A stretch of DNA of 64,000 nucleotides from Octopus vulgaris (Eukaryota), in NCBI GenBank assembly GCA_951406725.2, contig OX597832.1, positions 49,476,001 through 49,540,000 on the forward strand. Direction: 5' to 3'. Position 1 is the stretch's first letter. Every line of letters starts with the position of its first letter. The notes beneath the pieces are model-generated. The model ran no database searches. It worked only from the letters and a program-made list of their open reading frames with translations, and was not told the origin of the DNA. Shown here piece after piece: positions 13,141 to 29,435 of this stretch. The position numbers were made by a program, and so were the translations under genes.

Positions 13141-13934
13141 TATTATTTGGTCACGATTTCTCTTCCACCGTGTATGCATGTATATCCTGGGCACAACTTT
13201 AAACTACATATGGTAGTTTGGCTTTATTTCGGCAGTTCCAAGGTTCCAAATATTGGCCGCTATTGGTGCTTGGTTGTAACTATTGGCAGCTATTGGTTCT
13301 TGGTTTACTCTGTCCAGTAGTAGTAGCTCCTATCAGCATCCCAACTATGGGTTAACTAGCATAGTTAATATAGTAATCCATCTGAAAGGGGAGCCACTGA
13401 AATACACTTCGTTGGCATCAGGACGTGGAGTAAAATCACCAGGAGTGAAGGACCCCGAACTATTGTCATAGCATCATTCTAGGAAAGGGTCAATCTGATG
13501 TAAAATCTACAGTTTTCTGTGACCACTGGTCATTTCACTTCGACCTGTCACAAGGTACTTATCGCGGCGGCTCAGAAATTGGTACTCGAGTTGTACAAGC
13601 GTTTATCACTACAATACAATGATATACAGATGTCTCTTTGTAAGGACTTCATTCATCATTCCATCTACTGAAAGTCCTATGACGATGGAAGTGCGGCAAC
13701 GTGTGCAGACCTAAGCAGTTGGAAGCGCACAGTAAGTTACAACTTACGTCTGTCGCCATTGCTTCAAAGCATGCAGATCTTCAACTAGAGGGAAGAATCT
13801 TCTGAGAGGATGTGTGAAGTCAGACATGCTATTGGCAACCAGGAAGCACAAAGACACAGCAATCATTTGTGTAGATGGAGTGAATCATCATGTATGTGTG
13901 CATATATACGCATGCATATATATATATATATATC

Positions 13935-14132
13935 CGAGTCAGACACCATGATAGATCGTTAGCCACTACACACATTTTTTTCTCTCCTTGTTTTTTCTGT
14001 GTACCTTTCTGTAGAAGAGCAAAGGCTCGAAACGTAAAAGACTTTTTCTATTCCTGAGCGTTATACTAACACATCTGTTTGTTTGTACACCACCTGCCTT
14101 CGTCTTTTGTTTATTTTCGTAAACTTTCCCTT

Positions 14133-14133
<1 letters not shown>
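13935..14133 (+). mobile_element. short PLE-like element in (TA)n with HHR-like motif (CTGTAGA core) at 14005-14040
   Basis: cttt CTGTAGA A GAGC aaag GCTC GAAAC GTA aaag. Copies lie at 44770-44972 (+) and 61688-61872 (-). Confidence 0.75.
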
Positions 14134-14178
<45 letters not shown>

Positions 14179-14314
14179 TGTATGTATGTATGTATGTATG
14201 TATGTATGTATGTATGTATGTATGTATGTATGTATGTATGTATGTATGTGTGTATGTATCAATGTGTGTATGCATGTATGCGCTTATGTATGTGGATCGA
14301 ATACATTATAAATA

Positions 14315-14783
14315 ACATCATCATCATCATCACCACCACCGTCACCACCAACAACAACATAACCACCATCACCCTTTTCGTGTTCTTGCTCATGTAGCTC
14401 ATCATCATAATCATCATCATCATCATCAACATAATCATCATCAACATCATCATCATCACCATCACCATCGTCGACATCATCATCCCTATCATCGTCGTTG
14501 TCGTCGTCATTACCACACTCACCATCATCATTGACGCAATTTTCAGTATCATAGTCATTACGATTATCATCATCACCATCATCATCATCGTCGTCGTCGT
14601 CGTCATCATCATGGTAACCATCTGCATCATCATCATCATCATCATCATCATCACCCATCATCATCATCATCGTCGTCGTCGTCGAAGTCATCATCATCAT
14701 CATCATCATTATCATCATCATCATCCATCATCATCATCATCATCATCACCATCATCATTATCATCATCATCATCATCATCATT

Positions 14784-14823
<40 letters not shown>

Positions 14824-14877
14824 CCATCATTATCATCATCATCATCATCATTATCATCATCATCATCCATCATCATC

Positions 14878-14909
<32 letters not shown>

Positions 14910-14912
14910 CAT
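14315..14912. repeat. degenerate (CAT)n trinucleotide repeat
   Basis: Directly visible. Confidence 0.95.
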
Positions 14913-15452
14913 TTTCCTTATAACCTTCATCAACCCATCACTGTATTTCGGGTACCGGAAGTAGCTGTCATTTCATCATTTTAATTAGGAAAACGGTGGT
15001 AGCGGGTGTATTGATGAGAGGTTGCAGTGCATACGACTAGAGGTCTTATACTACTTTCTCAACTTACATTCGGGCGTTCAATAAAATAAATACTGGATGC
15101 ATTCCTTTACGCAGACTTATATGTTTTGTTTTGTGTTTGTTTTTTTCTATAGGATATCAGGTACGAATTATGAAGTCTATATCCTTCTTATGTCAATCAA
15201 TCTACGTATAGTTGTATGTTCTCTGGAAGGTATCTCAATTCCACTGAGTACTCTTGAGTGTTTTATAGGATATCGGGTAGGAGTTGTGAAGAGTATTAAG
15301 CAACACATCTTGAATGAAGTTGTCTGAATTTGGAAACAAAAATTCTGTTAACCGCTGTCTTTCAGGTTGCGGAAGAAAGGTTCTCAACTAGACAGGTGTG
15401 TGATTGGACTATCCGGTGCATGGGATCCGTTGGCAACCAGTTATGTGCCTGG

Positions 15453-15681
15453 TGGCGAGCTGGCAGAAACGTTAGCACGCCGGGCGAAATGCGTAGCCAT
15501 ATTTCGTCTGTCGCTACGTTCCGAGTTCAAATTCCGCCGAGGTCGACTTTGCCTTTCATCCTTTCGGGGTCGATAAATTAAGTACCAGTTACGCACTGGG
15601 GTCGATGTAATCGACTTAATTCCCTTATCTGTCCTTGTTTGTCCCCTCTGTGTTTAGCCCCTTGTGGGTAGTAAAGAAATA
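15453..15681 (+). mobile_element. SINE family B, full length, with TSD TATGTGCCTGGTGG
   Basis: Full head GGCGAGCTGGCAGAAACGTTAG; the duplicated flank lies at about 15442 and 15683. Confidence 0.92.
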
Positions 15682-16163
15682 TATGTGCCTGGTGGAATCC
15701 GTCTCGATCAGGGCAATGATCTGAAGCTGAACTACAGACTGTTTCTTGCATATCTTATAAAACAATGGTTCTTGTTTTTGTTTTTTTTTGTTTTGTTTTG
15801 TTTTCTTCTTCTTTTTGCAAAAGAGGATGTGAACTTGTGTTCTTCTTTTATCGAAACGTATTACTGATAATAAATAAAGTTTGCGTTGTTTCCGGCTGGA
15901 AATCGAAACTTTGTACTAGACTTGGCATGGCGGGAATTTTATAATTGCTCACCATGCAAAAATTTAACATTTTCATTAGAGCTCCTCCGAAAAGATAAAA
16001 AGCAAGATCAACCACCAAAGCGATCTGAACGAAAAACCCAAGGGATCGAAATCCAATACTTGTACCTCATTCAGTGCAGCCAGTCTATACTTTCTGACAT
16101 AATTTATCTCTTCCACCCAGCCACGACCTTATAAATTTACAGGTTAAGAAGAATTGTGACGCC

Positions 16164-16209
16164 ATGACTTCAAAGCAATCTCCCAATGACATTAGTAACG
16201 ATGTTGGAG
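16164..16209 (+). CDS. candidate first coding exon MTSKQSPNDISNDVG(G), unknown gene
   Basis: Branch-like CTGAC plus pyrimidine tract acceptor at 16120 (alternative tacag at 16142), GCCATG context, donor AG/GTAATT at 16210. Confidence 0.3.
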
Positions 16210-16574
16210 GTAATTGACATCAATCAAAAATCTAAATTAAGTTACAGACTCGCTTTACCGGAAGCTAACCTTTTACTCCACGACGTCTCCTATACTTCGC
16301 CATATTTGTTCACCATAAACAGAGAGAAATTTCGTGACTTCGAGCTGTTTTGCTTTATCTCCTCGTTATTACTTAAACATTTCAAACCGAACCGTTCTCG
16401 TTTTTAGCCAATGACATTTCGGTATATTTTTATCGAACTTCCGAATTTATTTCCTTGTTTTGAAGTTTCAAGAATCAATAATAGATGGAAAATAATTGCG
16501 ATATTAAATTGTAATTTTGTTCCCTGTTAACTATTTCAGTAACTACGGGTGTTTGTTACAACTGCTTGACTGAG

Positions 16575-18639
<2,065 letters not shown>

Positions 18640-18640
<1 letters not shown>

Positions 18641-18830
18641 ACCTGATTGGTTTATTGGAGAACGTCTGACAATCACGCATTGATGACGTCGTGTACCAAA
18701 CAAGGAGAGCTCATCTCTTAACTGAACTTTTAACTGCTTTTCATCTTATCTTCTTCCAATGGTTGATAAACTTTCTCGGCTACTATGATTATTAGTTATA
18801 CGGAAACAAATCCGGCAAACCAGGTAAGGA
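18640..18830 (+). promoter_or_regulatory. possible promoter plus first exon
   Basis: Two inverted CCAAT boxes (ATTGG), CRE-like TGACGTCG, and a strong donor CAG/GTAAGG at about 18824. Confidence 0.2.
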
Positions 18831-19015
18831 AGGGGTAAGATCGGTTGACTCCATGACGTTCGTTCGCAGACTTGAATTCAATTCTGCCGCGAGAATATTT
18901 ATCAAAGATCGGCTGCAATTCCATTGAAGTTAAAGCAACTGCATTGCCATTCATGTAAACTGGATGAAAGTTATATTTCTCAAAAGAAAAAGTGTACGCA
19001 CGAGTTTATGTATGT

Positions 19016-19075
<60 letters not shown>

Positions 19076-19421
19076 GTGTGTGTGTGTGTATAATACGCCA
19101 GCTGAGTTCAATTCGTCTCTGGTCGAAAGACGCCTGTTGTTGTGTCCTGTTACTGTTATTATTATTATTGTTTCTTTGCATTTATATTCGTATTGCCCGT
19201 TTTTCCGTCCTTGTTTCGTACACATTCGATCCTTTTTCCGAGGAATCTAATGCTCTTAGCTTAGGTTTTCCTTGCGGCTGGCCAGATTGGAGCAATCTTA
19301 AGATTAATCAGCCGAAATTGCGAGGATGATCCGGTTCTTGACTGAAGATTAAAGGCTTCGAATGAGCCGTCCGTGTTTTTGTATCGTCTATTTGGATGTT
19401 TTGCGTTCTTGTCCCATTTTG

Positions 19422-19456
<35 letters not shown>

Positions 19457-19458
<2 letters not shown>

Positions 19459-19658
19459 TTGTTTGTCATTAGACTGCTGCTATGCTGGGGCACAGCTTTG
19501 AAGAATTATAGTCCAACGAAGCGACGCCAGTTCTTGTTATTTTTGTAGAGCCTGGTATTTGTTCTATCGACCCATATTGCCGAACCGCTAAGTTACAGAG
19601 ACGTAAACACACCAACACCAGTTGTCAAGCGGTTTGGGGGGCACAAACACAGACACAA

Positions 19659-19698
<40 letters not shown>

Positions 19699-19768
19699 AC
19701 ACACACATGCATACATATATGCATATATATGTGTGTGCGTGTACGTGTGTGTATGTATCATATGTATG

Positions 19769-19810
<42 letters not shown>

Positions 19811-19860
19811 ACGGGCTTCTTTCAGTTTCCATGTACCAAATCCATTCATAAGAATTTGCG
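19457..19860 (-). mobile_element. SINE family A, diverged copy
   Basis: Homologous to 11095-11462. Confidence 0.8.
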
Positions 19861-19934
19861 CCAGCGGTATTTGAACTAAGAATGAAACAATAGCGGGAGG
19901 ATCTCTACCCTAACCACTCTGTCAATTCGCCACC

Positions 19935-20387
19935 TTAACCCTTTCGTTACTGTATTTATTTTGAGATGCTCTGTGTTTCTTTCAATTACTTTAAATATGA
20001 CAAAGAATTTAGTAAAATAACTTAGTTATCATGAAGCTAGTGTTAGGAACATAAATTGTGATTAACCCTTTTGTTACCGTATTTATTTTGAGATGCTCTG
20101 TGTTTCTTTCAATTTTTTTAAATATGACAAAGAATTTAGTAAAATAACTTAGTTATCATGAAGCTAGTGTTAGGAACATAAATTGTGACTAAAATTTAGT
20201 GGAAGATTTTAATTGAAAACTTATGAAAAGAAGACATTTATACTACAGAGTCAAAGCCAGTTTTAGACGGGTTGGTAACGAAAGGGTTAAGGTTTAGTGG
20301 AAGATTTTGATTCAAAACTTATGAAAACAAGACATTTGTACTCAGAGACAGAACCGGTTTCATCTGGGCTGGTAATGAAAGGGTTAA
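19935..20387. mobile_element. piggyBac-type MITE nested in a copy of itself
   Basis: TTAA-CCCTTT(C/T)GTTAC...GTAA(C/T)GAAAGGG-TTAA. Inner copy 20066-20286, outer copy 19939-20383. Confidence 0.88.
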
Positions 20388-20786
20388 TAGGGCTCTATAT
20401 TTTTAAGGCATTCATAATTACATAACTGTTTAATTATCTTACACGATCACATACACACACGATTGCTTTTTACCTGCCAGGGTTCATATTATTCCATATC
20501 TTGGTGCTCGTGAGTTAGTATATTATTTCAATTAAGAATTAAAAAGAAGAAAAACACAAGACATAGCAATTTGTCGTATAAACATTAAATAATATTTTAC
20601 TTACATAAAACGCTGCCGGAAACATATAAGTTCTGGATTGTATGTTCTGACCGAAGGGGGAAATGTCTTCAACTGCGACACTAAATGTTGTTTCAAGCAC
20701 GATTTACCAGGAGCTTTATGTGTTCTGTTTGTAGCAGAAACAGTTTAAAAAAAAAGAGCACGTTTCGCCGCTCATTTGTTGTCAAA

Positions 20787-21609
<823 letters not shown>

Positions 21610-21935
21610 AATTTCGAGGTGTAGTTTTAAAAAGTATTTTCGAATTACAGCTTGGGAGTTTCGAAGAAGAAAAGACATTCTGAGAAAGGTTTTCAGGGAC
21701 CGATTTTTGTGTACCACAAAAAAAAAGAAAGAAAATTACGGGATGGTCACGGCTAGAATACTTTTGATCATAGGTATATTTAAATGAAGTGCGGCATTGG
21801 TTTAAACAGCATTGACAACACGAATAATTATGATTTCCTTTCATTGACTTCCACAATCTCATGAACTACCGGTTTAATATGATTTGATTCATGCAAACAG
21901 AATAAAAGATACATTTTATTCCTTCTGTCTGTCTG

Positions 21936-22069
<134 letters not shown>

Positions 22070-22071
22070 TT

Positions 22072-22108
<37 letters not shown>

Positions 22109-22193
22109 ATACATATATATGTATGTTTATATATATACATATATATGTATATTTATATATATACATATATATATATGTATGTATCTATGTATA

Positions 22194-22235
<42 letters not shown>

Positions 22236-22244
22236 TATACATAG

Positions 22245-22314
<70 letters not shown>

Positions 22315-23152
22315 CCAACCTAACGTGGTACTTCAGAGAAATTTTTTAGAAAAATTCTAAAATAAAATTTAGAATTTATGGAGGGTCAACACAACAGTGG
22401 AGACATACAAGGAAACCGAACGAAAACAAACATTGCTTAGCGGCATATAGTCCGGCTATACGTTCTGAGTTCAAACTCCGCCGAGGTCGGCTTTACCCTT
22501 CATCTTGTTGTGATCGATTAAACAAGTACCAGTTGAGCACAGGGTTCGATATAAGCGACTGACCCACACCTCCAAAATTCAGTCCTTGTGCCAATAGTAG
22601 AAATAGTTATAATGGTAAACTAGAGTAAGGCGGTGCGACAAACAAAATGCTTAATGGCACCGCTGAGTTCAACTTTGCCTTTCATCCTTTCGGGTACGAT
22701 AAAATGCCAGTGAAATACTAGGGTCGATTCCATTGACTTGACCCTTCTCCTCAAAATTACTTGCCTTGTACCAAAATTTGAAACTGTTATGCTAAACTTG
22801 AGCACCATAACTCCATAAGATGGATATATTTGGCAGTATACTTCTGCCAACATGGGTAGTATCAGAAAATATGGCTTACGTACAATAATTATATAATTTT
22901 ATCTTTTATAAGATTTCTTGGCGCTTACACAATATAACGAAATGAATACCAATTTTCAAAAGAAAAATATTTATCATCTTAAATTAAAATTGGATAAAAC
23001 AAATTTTTCATTTGTATATTTGCCATGAATATATGTTATTATTATTATTTTTCTAAATTTTATCAGCATTATCGCAATCTCCGCCATCGAAATCCTATCT
23101 ATGCAAAATTTCAATAAAAATTCGCGTTTTTCCGAAAGTTACTAGAAACTCA

Positions 23153-23216
<64 letters not shown>

Positions 23217-23329
23217 GTATCGTTCTTTTACATATTGCCTCCCACCACGCACTTATCCTGCTCTGACGTTAATTCGGTCTGTATCCTTCTTTTATTCTCT
23301 TCCTGCATTTCTCTAACGTGCTAACGTTT

Positions 23330-23567
23330 CCTACTTCTTTACTACCCACAAGAGGCTACACACAGAAGGGACAAACAAGGACAGACAAATGGATTAAGTC
23401 GATTACATCGACCCCAATGCGTAACTGGTACTTATTTAATCGACCCCGGAAAGGATGAAAGGAAAAGTCGACCTCGGCCGAATTTTGAACTCAGAAAATG
23501 TAAAGACAGACGAAATGCTTAGCGGCTATTCGCCCAGCGCGGTAACGATTCTACCAGCTCACCTCCT
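23330..23567 (-). mobile_element. SINE family B
   Basis: Reverse complement of the 15453 copy. Confidence 0.88.
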
Positions 23568-23879
23568 AAATTCTCTGAAATACTCGCAAGCTCTGCTCTT
23601 GGAAATTATACGAAGTCGTGCATTTTGTTGACGTCGAATAAGAGAAATACTAATACACGTCTATCCTCGTTTATCGCGATGGTTTGATTCCAAAATGACA
23701 CAGAGATAAGATGAATCGTGGATAAATAGAGCATCCCCACGTATTTTGTAAATGGAACCAATGTTAGATTCATTCACACCAAAATCGCAGCCCACAGCAG
23801 CGAAACTTCATCCACCTTCACTTATTTTCTTGATCATTTCTACCTTTTCTTGTAGGTAGAGAATACATTCCGATGCCGA

Positions 23880-24110
23880 AGGCGGCGAGCTGGCAGAAAC
23901 GTTAGCAAGCCGGGCGAAATGCGTAGCCGTATTTCGTCTGCCGTTACGTTCTGAGTTCAAATTCCACCGAGGTCGACTTTGCCTTTCATCCTTTCGGGGT
24001 CGATAAATTAAGTACCAGTTACGCACTGGGGTCAATATAATCGACTTAATCCGTTTGTCTATCCTTGTTTGTCCCCTCTATGTTTAGCCCCTTGTGGGTA
24101 ATAATGAAAC
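23880..24110 (+). mobile_element. SINE family B, full length, with TSD AATACATTC(C/T)GATGC
   Basis: Duplicated flank at about 23862 and 24112. Confidence 0.92.
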
Positions 24111-24755
24111 AAATACATTCTGATGCATCATTTGTTAAGATCAGGTGCCTTCATATTTTTTATATTCGCTGGTCCCTAAGTTGTTGGGTACAAGTACATA
24201 AATCCGTGTAAAATATATATGCAGCTTCACAGCCTGGTCATGTAAACACAAGCAACAGATGGTGCATTTTAGGTAACCGGACATTGTGGTTTGCCGCAGC
24301 GGTGCGTTTTCGCTCCGCGTTATCACAGATCAATCTTGTAACAAGCGTTACCCGGTTCACAATTGAGCGTACCGTGTAATCCCGAATCAGAGGTGAATGA
24401 AGCAGTGATAAACGAGGACAGGAGTATTCATAATTGCCTCTAGCAGTATCATATTTAAATCATTAAACATACGTAAATATCTAATTAGCATGCATTTGGC
24501 ATCTCCCATGACGCTTTCAAACTGAGCATCTCTCTGAATATTTCCAGATCCAGTTGAAATCAATAGATCTCCAAATAACTTATTGATGGATGTTTCTAGT
24601 TAGGGAGGTTGTTTCTAGTCAGGTTAATCAATTTAATTCATCATTCATGCATGGCAGAAGTATAATATTGGATTGCTTGATTCAATGATCGTTTCAATAA
24701 TTGATGGTATCTAACCTATCTCTCGCTCTCTCTCCTCCCCTTTCTCAATCCATCA

Positions 24756-24818
<63 letters not shown>

Positions 24819-24899
24819 CGCTAATTGCTTCCTTTAATGTCATCATCTTAATGACGGTGATAACGGTAATGATGATTGATAATAACTGGTACTAGATTT

Positions 24900-25008
24900 T
24901 GCGGCGATTATCATCATCATTATATTATTACTTCCATAATTATTGTTATTACTATTATCATTATTATTACCATTACTTTCTATTATTATAATAATAATAA
25001 TAATAATG

Positions 25009-25107
<99 letters not shown>

Positions 25108-25190
25108 GTGATATTATTATCGTTATCATTACAATTACTATTATGGGTATAGATGATGTTGGTAGATATGGTAGCCGTGAATGATGATGG

Positions 25191-25221
<31 letters not shown>

Positions 25222-26099
25222 GATGATGATGATAATGATGATGATGATGATGATGATGGTGGTGATGATGATGATGATGATGATGACGATGACGATGTTG
25301 ACGACGATGATGATGGTGATGATGGTGACGATGATGATGATGGTGATGATGACGATGACGATGATGATGATGATGATTACGATGATGATGATGATGATGA
25401 TGAATATAGTGGCGACAGCATTAAGATTATTAATTTATTTTCGTTTCCCCATTTTCTCTGTGTGTGTGTGTGTGTGTGTGCGTGTATGTGTGTATGTGTG
25501 TGTGTGTGTGTAAGTTTTATTTTTTTCCTTTTTCTTTTCTTTTTTTATTTTATTTTGTTTTATTCTCTTTTTTCGGTTTTTCTCCATTAACAAATCATTT
25601 CCCTACCTTTTCGTTTCCTTTCACGCTGTTTCTTAAATAAAGGTCAAATTTCATTTCTAAAATTAAAACCTAAAAATCCTTCTTCTAACGCTTTGCTAAT
25701 TTTTCTATTGCGTAATATCCTGAATTTCACAGTAATTTGAAATGCAAAAAATATAAACAAATCCGGATAATTGATAGCTTTTCTCACTGCATGTCATCAA
25801 ATCCACCTCAGCCTAATAACAAGGCAAAATATGGGAATGCGACGCAATTTTGTTTTTGGTTTTTTTTTGGGGGGGGGTTTAGTCAGTGTGCAAATACCTA
25901 GGGTTAAGCTGAATAATATATTGGAAATGGCGATTGTATGATGAACAAAAGCAAAACATTTTTGAATAGAATAACATTCGGAAAGCTCGAAATGCAATAT
26001 GGCTACCAAGTGTTTCAGTATAAGAAGCAGAAGGGGAAGGAAGAGGAGGAGAAGAAGAAGAAGAAGAAGAAGAAGAAGAAGAAGAAGAAGAAGAAGACG

Positions 26100-26159
<60 letters not shown>

Positions 26160-26442
26160 GAGGAGGAGGAGGAGGAGGAGGAGGAGGAGGAGGAGGAGGA
26201 GGGGTGAAGAGGATGGAGGAGGAAGACGATGGAGGAGGAGGAGGAGGAGGAGGAGGAAGGAGGAGGAGGAGGAGGAGGAAGAAGAAGGAGGAGGAGGAGA
26301 ATGAGGAGGAAGAAGAAGGAGGAGGAGGAGAATGAGGAGGAGGAGGAGGAAGAAGAAGAAGAAGGAGGAGGAGGAGGAGGAGAATGAGGAGGAGAAGAAG
26401 AAGAAGAAGAAGAAGAAGAAGAAGAAGAAGAAGAAGAAGAAA
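24900..26442. repeat. trinucleotide microsatellite cluster (TAA, GAT, AGA, AGT, AGG)
   Basis: Directly visible. Confidence 0.9.
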
Positions 26443-26684
26443 TATTTCAAGTTTTGACACGAAGTCGGTAATTTTTGTGAAAGGGAAAATGTTGAATATA
26501 TTAACCCCAGTACTTGACTGGTATTCATTTTATCGACCGCGAAAGGATGAAAGGCAGAGTCGACCTCCGCTGAATTTGAACTCAGAATGTAAAGACGGAC
26601 GCGATGCCGCTAAGCATTATCCCGGCATGTTAACGATTCTCCCAGGTCACCATAATAATAATAATAATAATAATAAAATATCCT

Positions 26685-27975
26685 TCACAGGACTACAGAA
26701 ATATCTAAGTTAGAACTAAGAAAACTACTACAAATGGCCACAAAGCATGAACAAAACAAAGAAACTGAGACTACAAAATACCATGGTAAAACAATGGTAA
26801 GAAAAGCCCTTACACGGTAAAGCCTGAGATAAGCGAAACAGAAAAGAAATAGACAAAATAAAATCTCAACATTGGTTGAGAAGTTCAGGCCTCCAGGCAG
26901 AGACTGGAAGGGTTTTAACTGGGGCACAAGAGCAATGTCTTCCTACCAGGAACCACCAAAACACATTATGAAGGAAAATACAGTAACTGCAGAATATGTG
27001 GTGATGGGGAGGAAACAATAAATCATATTGTCTTTGGTTGTCCAGCTCTGACTAAGAAAGAATACATCCACAGACATAACATGGCCAAGTGGTTAGAGCA
27101 GCGGACTCGTGGTCGCGGGATCGTGGGTTCGAATCTCAGACCGGGCGATGTGTGTGTTTATGATTGAAATACCTAAGCTCCACGCGGCTCCAGCAGAAGG
27201 TTATGGCGAACTTCTGCTGACTCTTTCGCCACAACTTTCTCTCACTCTTTCCTCCTGCATCTAGCAACTCACCTGCGACGGACTGGCGTCCCGTCCAGGT
27301 GGGGAACCTATACTCCAAGAAACCAGGAAACCGGCCCTTATGAGCCAGGCATGGCTCGAGAAGGAACAAACAAAAACAAACTAAAATAACAAATTTGGGA
27401 CTTATATACACTGGAAGCTGTGCCAGCACCACGGAATGTCAATAGGGGAAACATGGTAGAAGTTTACCCCAGAAAAGATCTCAGAAAATGACAAAGCAAC
27501 CATACTCTGGGATATGTCAATGCACCCACAGATAAAGAGGTCAAGACTTATAGGTCTGACATTGTTGTCAGAGATCACCAAGAAAAAATGCTTTCTATTC
27601 GACATATCCGTTCCAACAGATTACAATGTATCTCTGAAACATTCAGAGTAACCTTCGAAATACAAAGATCTAGAAATAGAGATAACTCGAATGAGGGGGG
27701 GGGGGTGCTTGAAAACATAAATAATCTCTATAATAATAGGTGCATTACACCATGGTTAAAAAAATACTGACAAATACATAACCAAAACATCAGGACTTGT
27801 GAATATATATATATAATATAGAGAAAATAGCACTGTTAGACAGCGCACAAAATCCTATGTAAAGCACTTTCAATACAGTAAAAATAACAACTGTGAAACA
27901 AAGCACAGCACATACCCAAGGCACACAGAGTTGCTCTCGGTAGTGCAATGAAAGCAGCTGATAAAACTAAGATTA

Positions 27976-27980
<5 letters not shown>
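26685..27980 (+). mobile_element. decayed R4/Dong-like LINE (CCHC knuckle, RHN, REL endonuclease, 3'UTR)
   Basis: QHWLRSSGLQAE...CRICGDGEETINHIVFGCPALTKKEYIHRHN, continuing KFGTYIHWKLC after the SINE. It ends in (TAA)n. Confidence 0.88.
27081..27380 (+). mobile_element. SINE family C inserted in the Dong RHN motif
   Basis: tRNA-Arg-like head; tail GCGACGGACTGGCGTCCCGTCCAGG. Confidence 0.88.
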
Positions 27981-28039
<59 letters not shown>

Positions 28040-28041
<2 letters not shown>

Positions 28042-28506
28042 GCAACCATACTCTGGGATATGCCGATACACACAGATAGAGAAATTAAGGCCAACAGACC
28101 AGATATAGTTGTCAGAGATCATGAAGAAGAAAAAAAAAAAAAAAAAAAAATGCTTTCTAATTGATGTATCAATACCGGCAGATGACAACGTGTCTCTAAA
28201 AGAAATGGAGAAACTCTCAAAATACAAAGACCTGGAAATAGAGGTAACTAGAATGTGGAACCTGAAAACAGAAACAATTCCTATCATAGTAGGTGCATTA
28301 GGCATGATAAAAAAATATTCAGACAAATACATAACAAAAACACCAGGACTTACAAACACATATAACATACAGAAAATTGCACTACTAGGCACTGCACACA
28401 TCCTACGCAGAACACTTTCCATACAATAACCATCACAGCACATACCCAAGGCACACAGAGCTGCGCTCGGTAGTGAAGTGAAAGCACGCTATAAAAATAA
28501 AACTAT

Positions 28507-28510
<4 letters not shown>
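28040..28510 (+). mobile_element. younger 5'-truncated R4/Dong-like LINE in (TAA)n
   Basis: ILWDMPIHTDREIKANRPDIVV..CFLIDVSIP..EKLSKYKDLEIEV..PIIVGALG, the REL PD..D..K/Y motifs. (TAA)n lies on both sides. Confidence 0.93.
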
Positions 28511-28604
<94 letters not shown>

Positions 28605-28611
28605 AATAGTA

Positions 28612-28675
<64 letters not shown>

Positions 28676-29435
28676 TAATAATAATAGTAATAGTAATAAT
28701 AATAATAATAATGTTTTCTTTATCAACTGCCAAGATCTGGTAAAAGCATCGAGAACGATACAGGTACAACATGAAAAATAGTTTTTCGCGTAAAGAGAAA
28801 TGAAACAGAAAGAGAAATACTCAAAGAAAAAGCGGGGAAAAGTACATCTGAAGGCTGATCGTATAAATCCCACAAACTACGGTCACCTCGAACATGAAGG
28901 TACAAGCTTGTGCATATTCCCAAAGATGAAGGTGTCTGACTTCAGCACTTTCAATCTCGCTCCCCACACAAGCTTTTTTCCACCAAAGATAAAGCGACCA
29001 TACAGAAAAAATGATTGCCTGTCCTTCCCGATCAAAAGAAGGCAAAGCGTCGATATTTACAATGGACTAAGCTGATAGCTGGGCCGGCCCCGCATGTCAC
29101 AGCAGGTGTCCGACATAATTCCACAAGTCAAGAATGCTCAGAGAGGTGACAACCCTGATGGAGTGAGCGCATGTTATTCAATCACTGCAGTACCACATTA
29201 TTATACAATACACAAAAGCATTCGTACTTTATCGGTCACTTTACGGAAAAGGTCGAATAAAACTGAAACACGCACAGAGTTGTCCCTATCACTACCAAAG
29301 ATAAACTGCACTACTCCGACTGCATTCTGTATTTAAATAAATGTTATTTAATATAAATGATGTTCTCTCCCCTGCCTCCGTTATCAAGAATAAGTTAACG
29401 ACACCTCAGTAAACTAAAAGAAAAACCTACACTAT

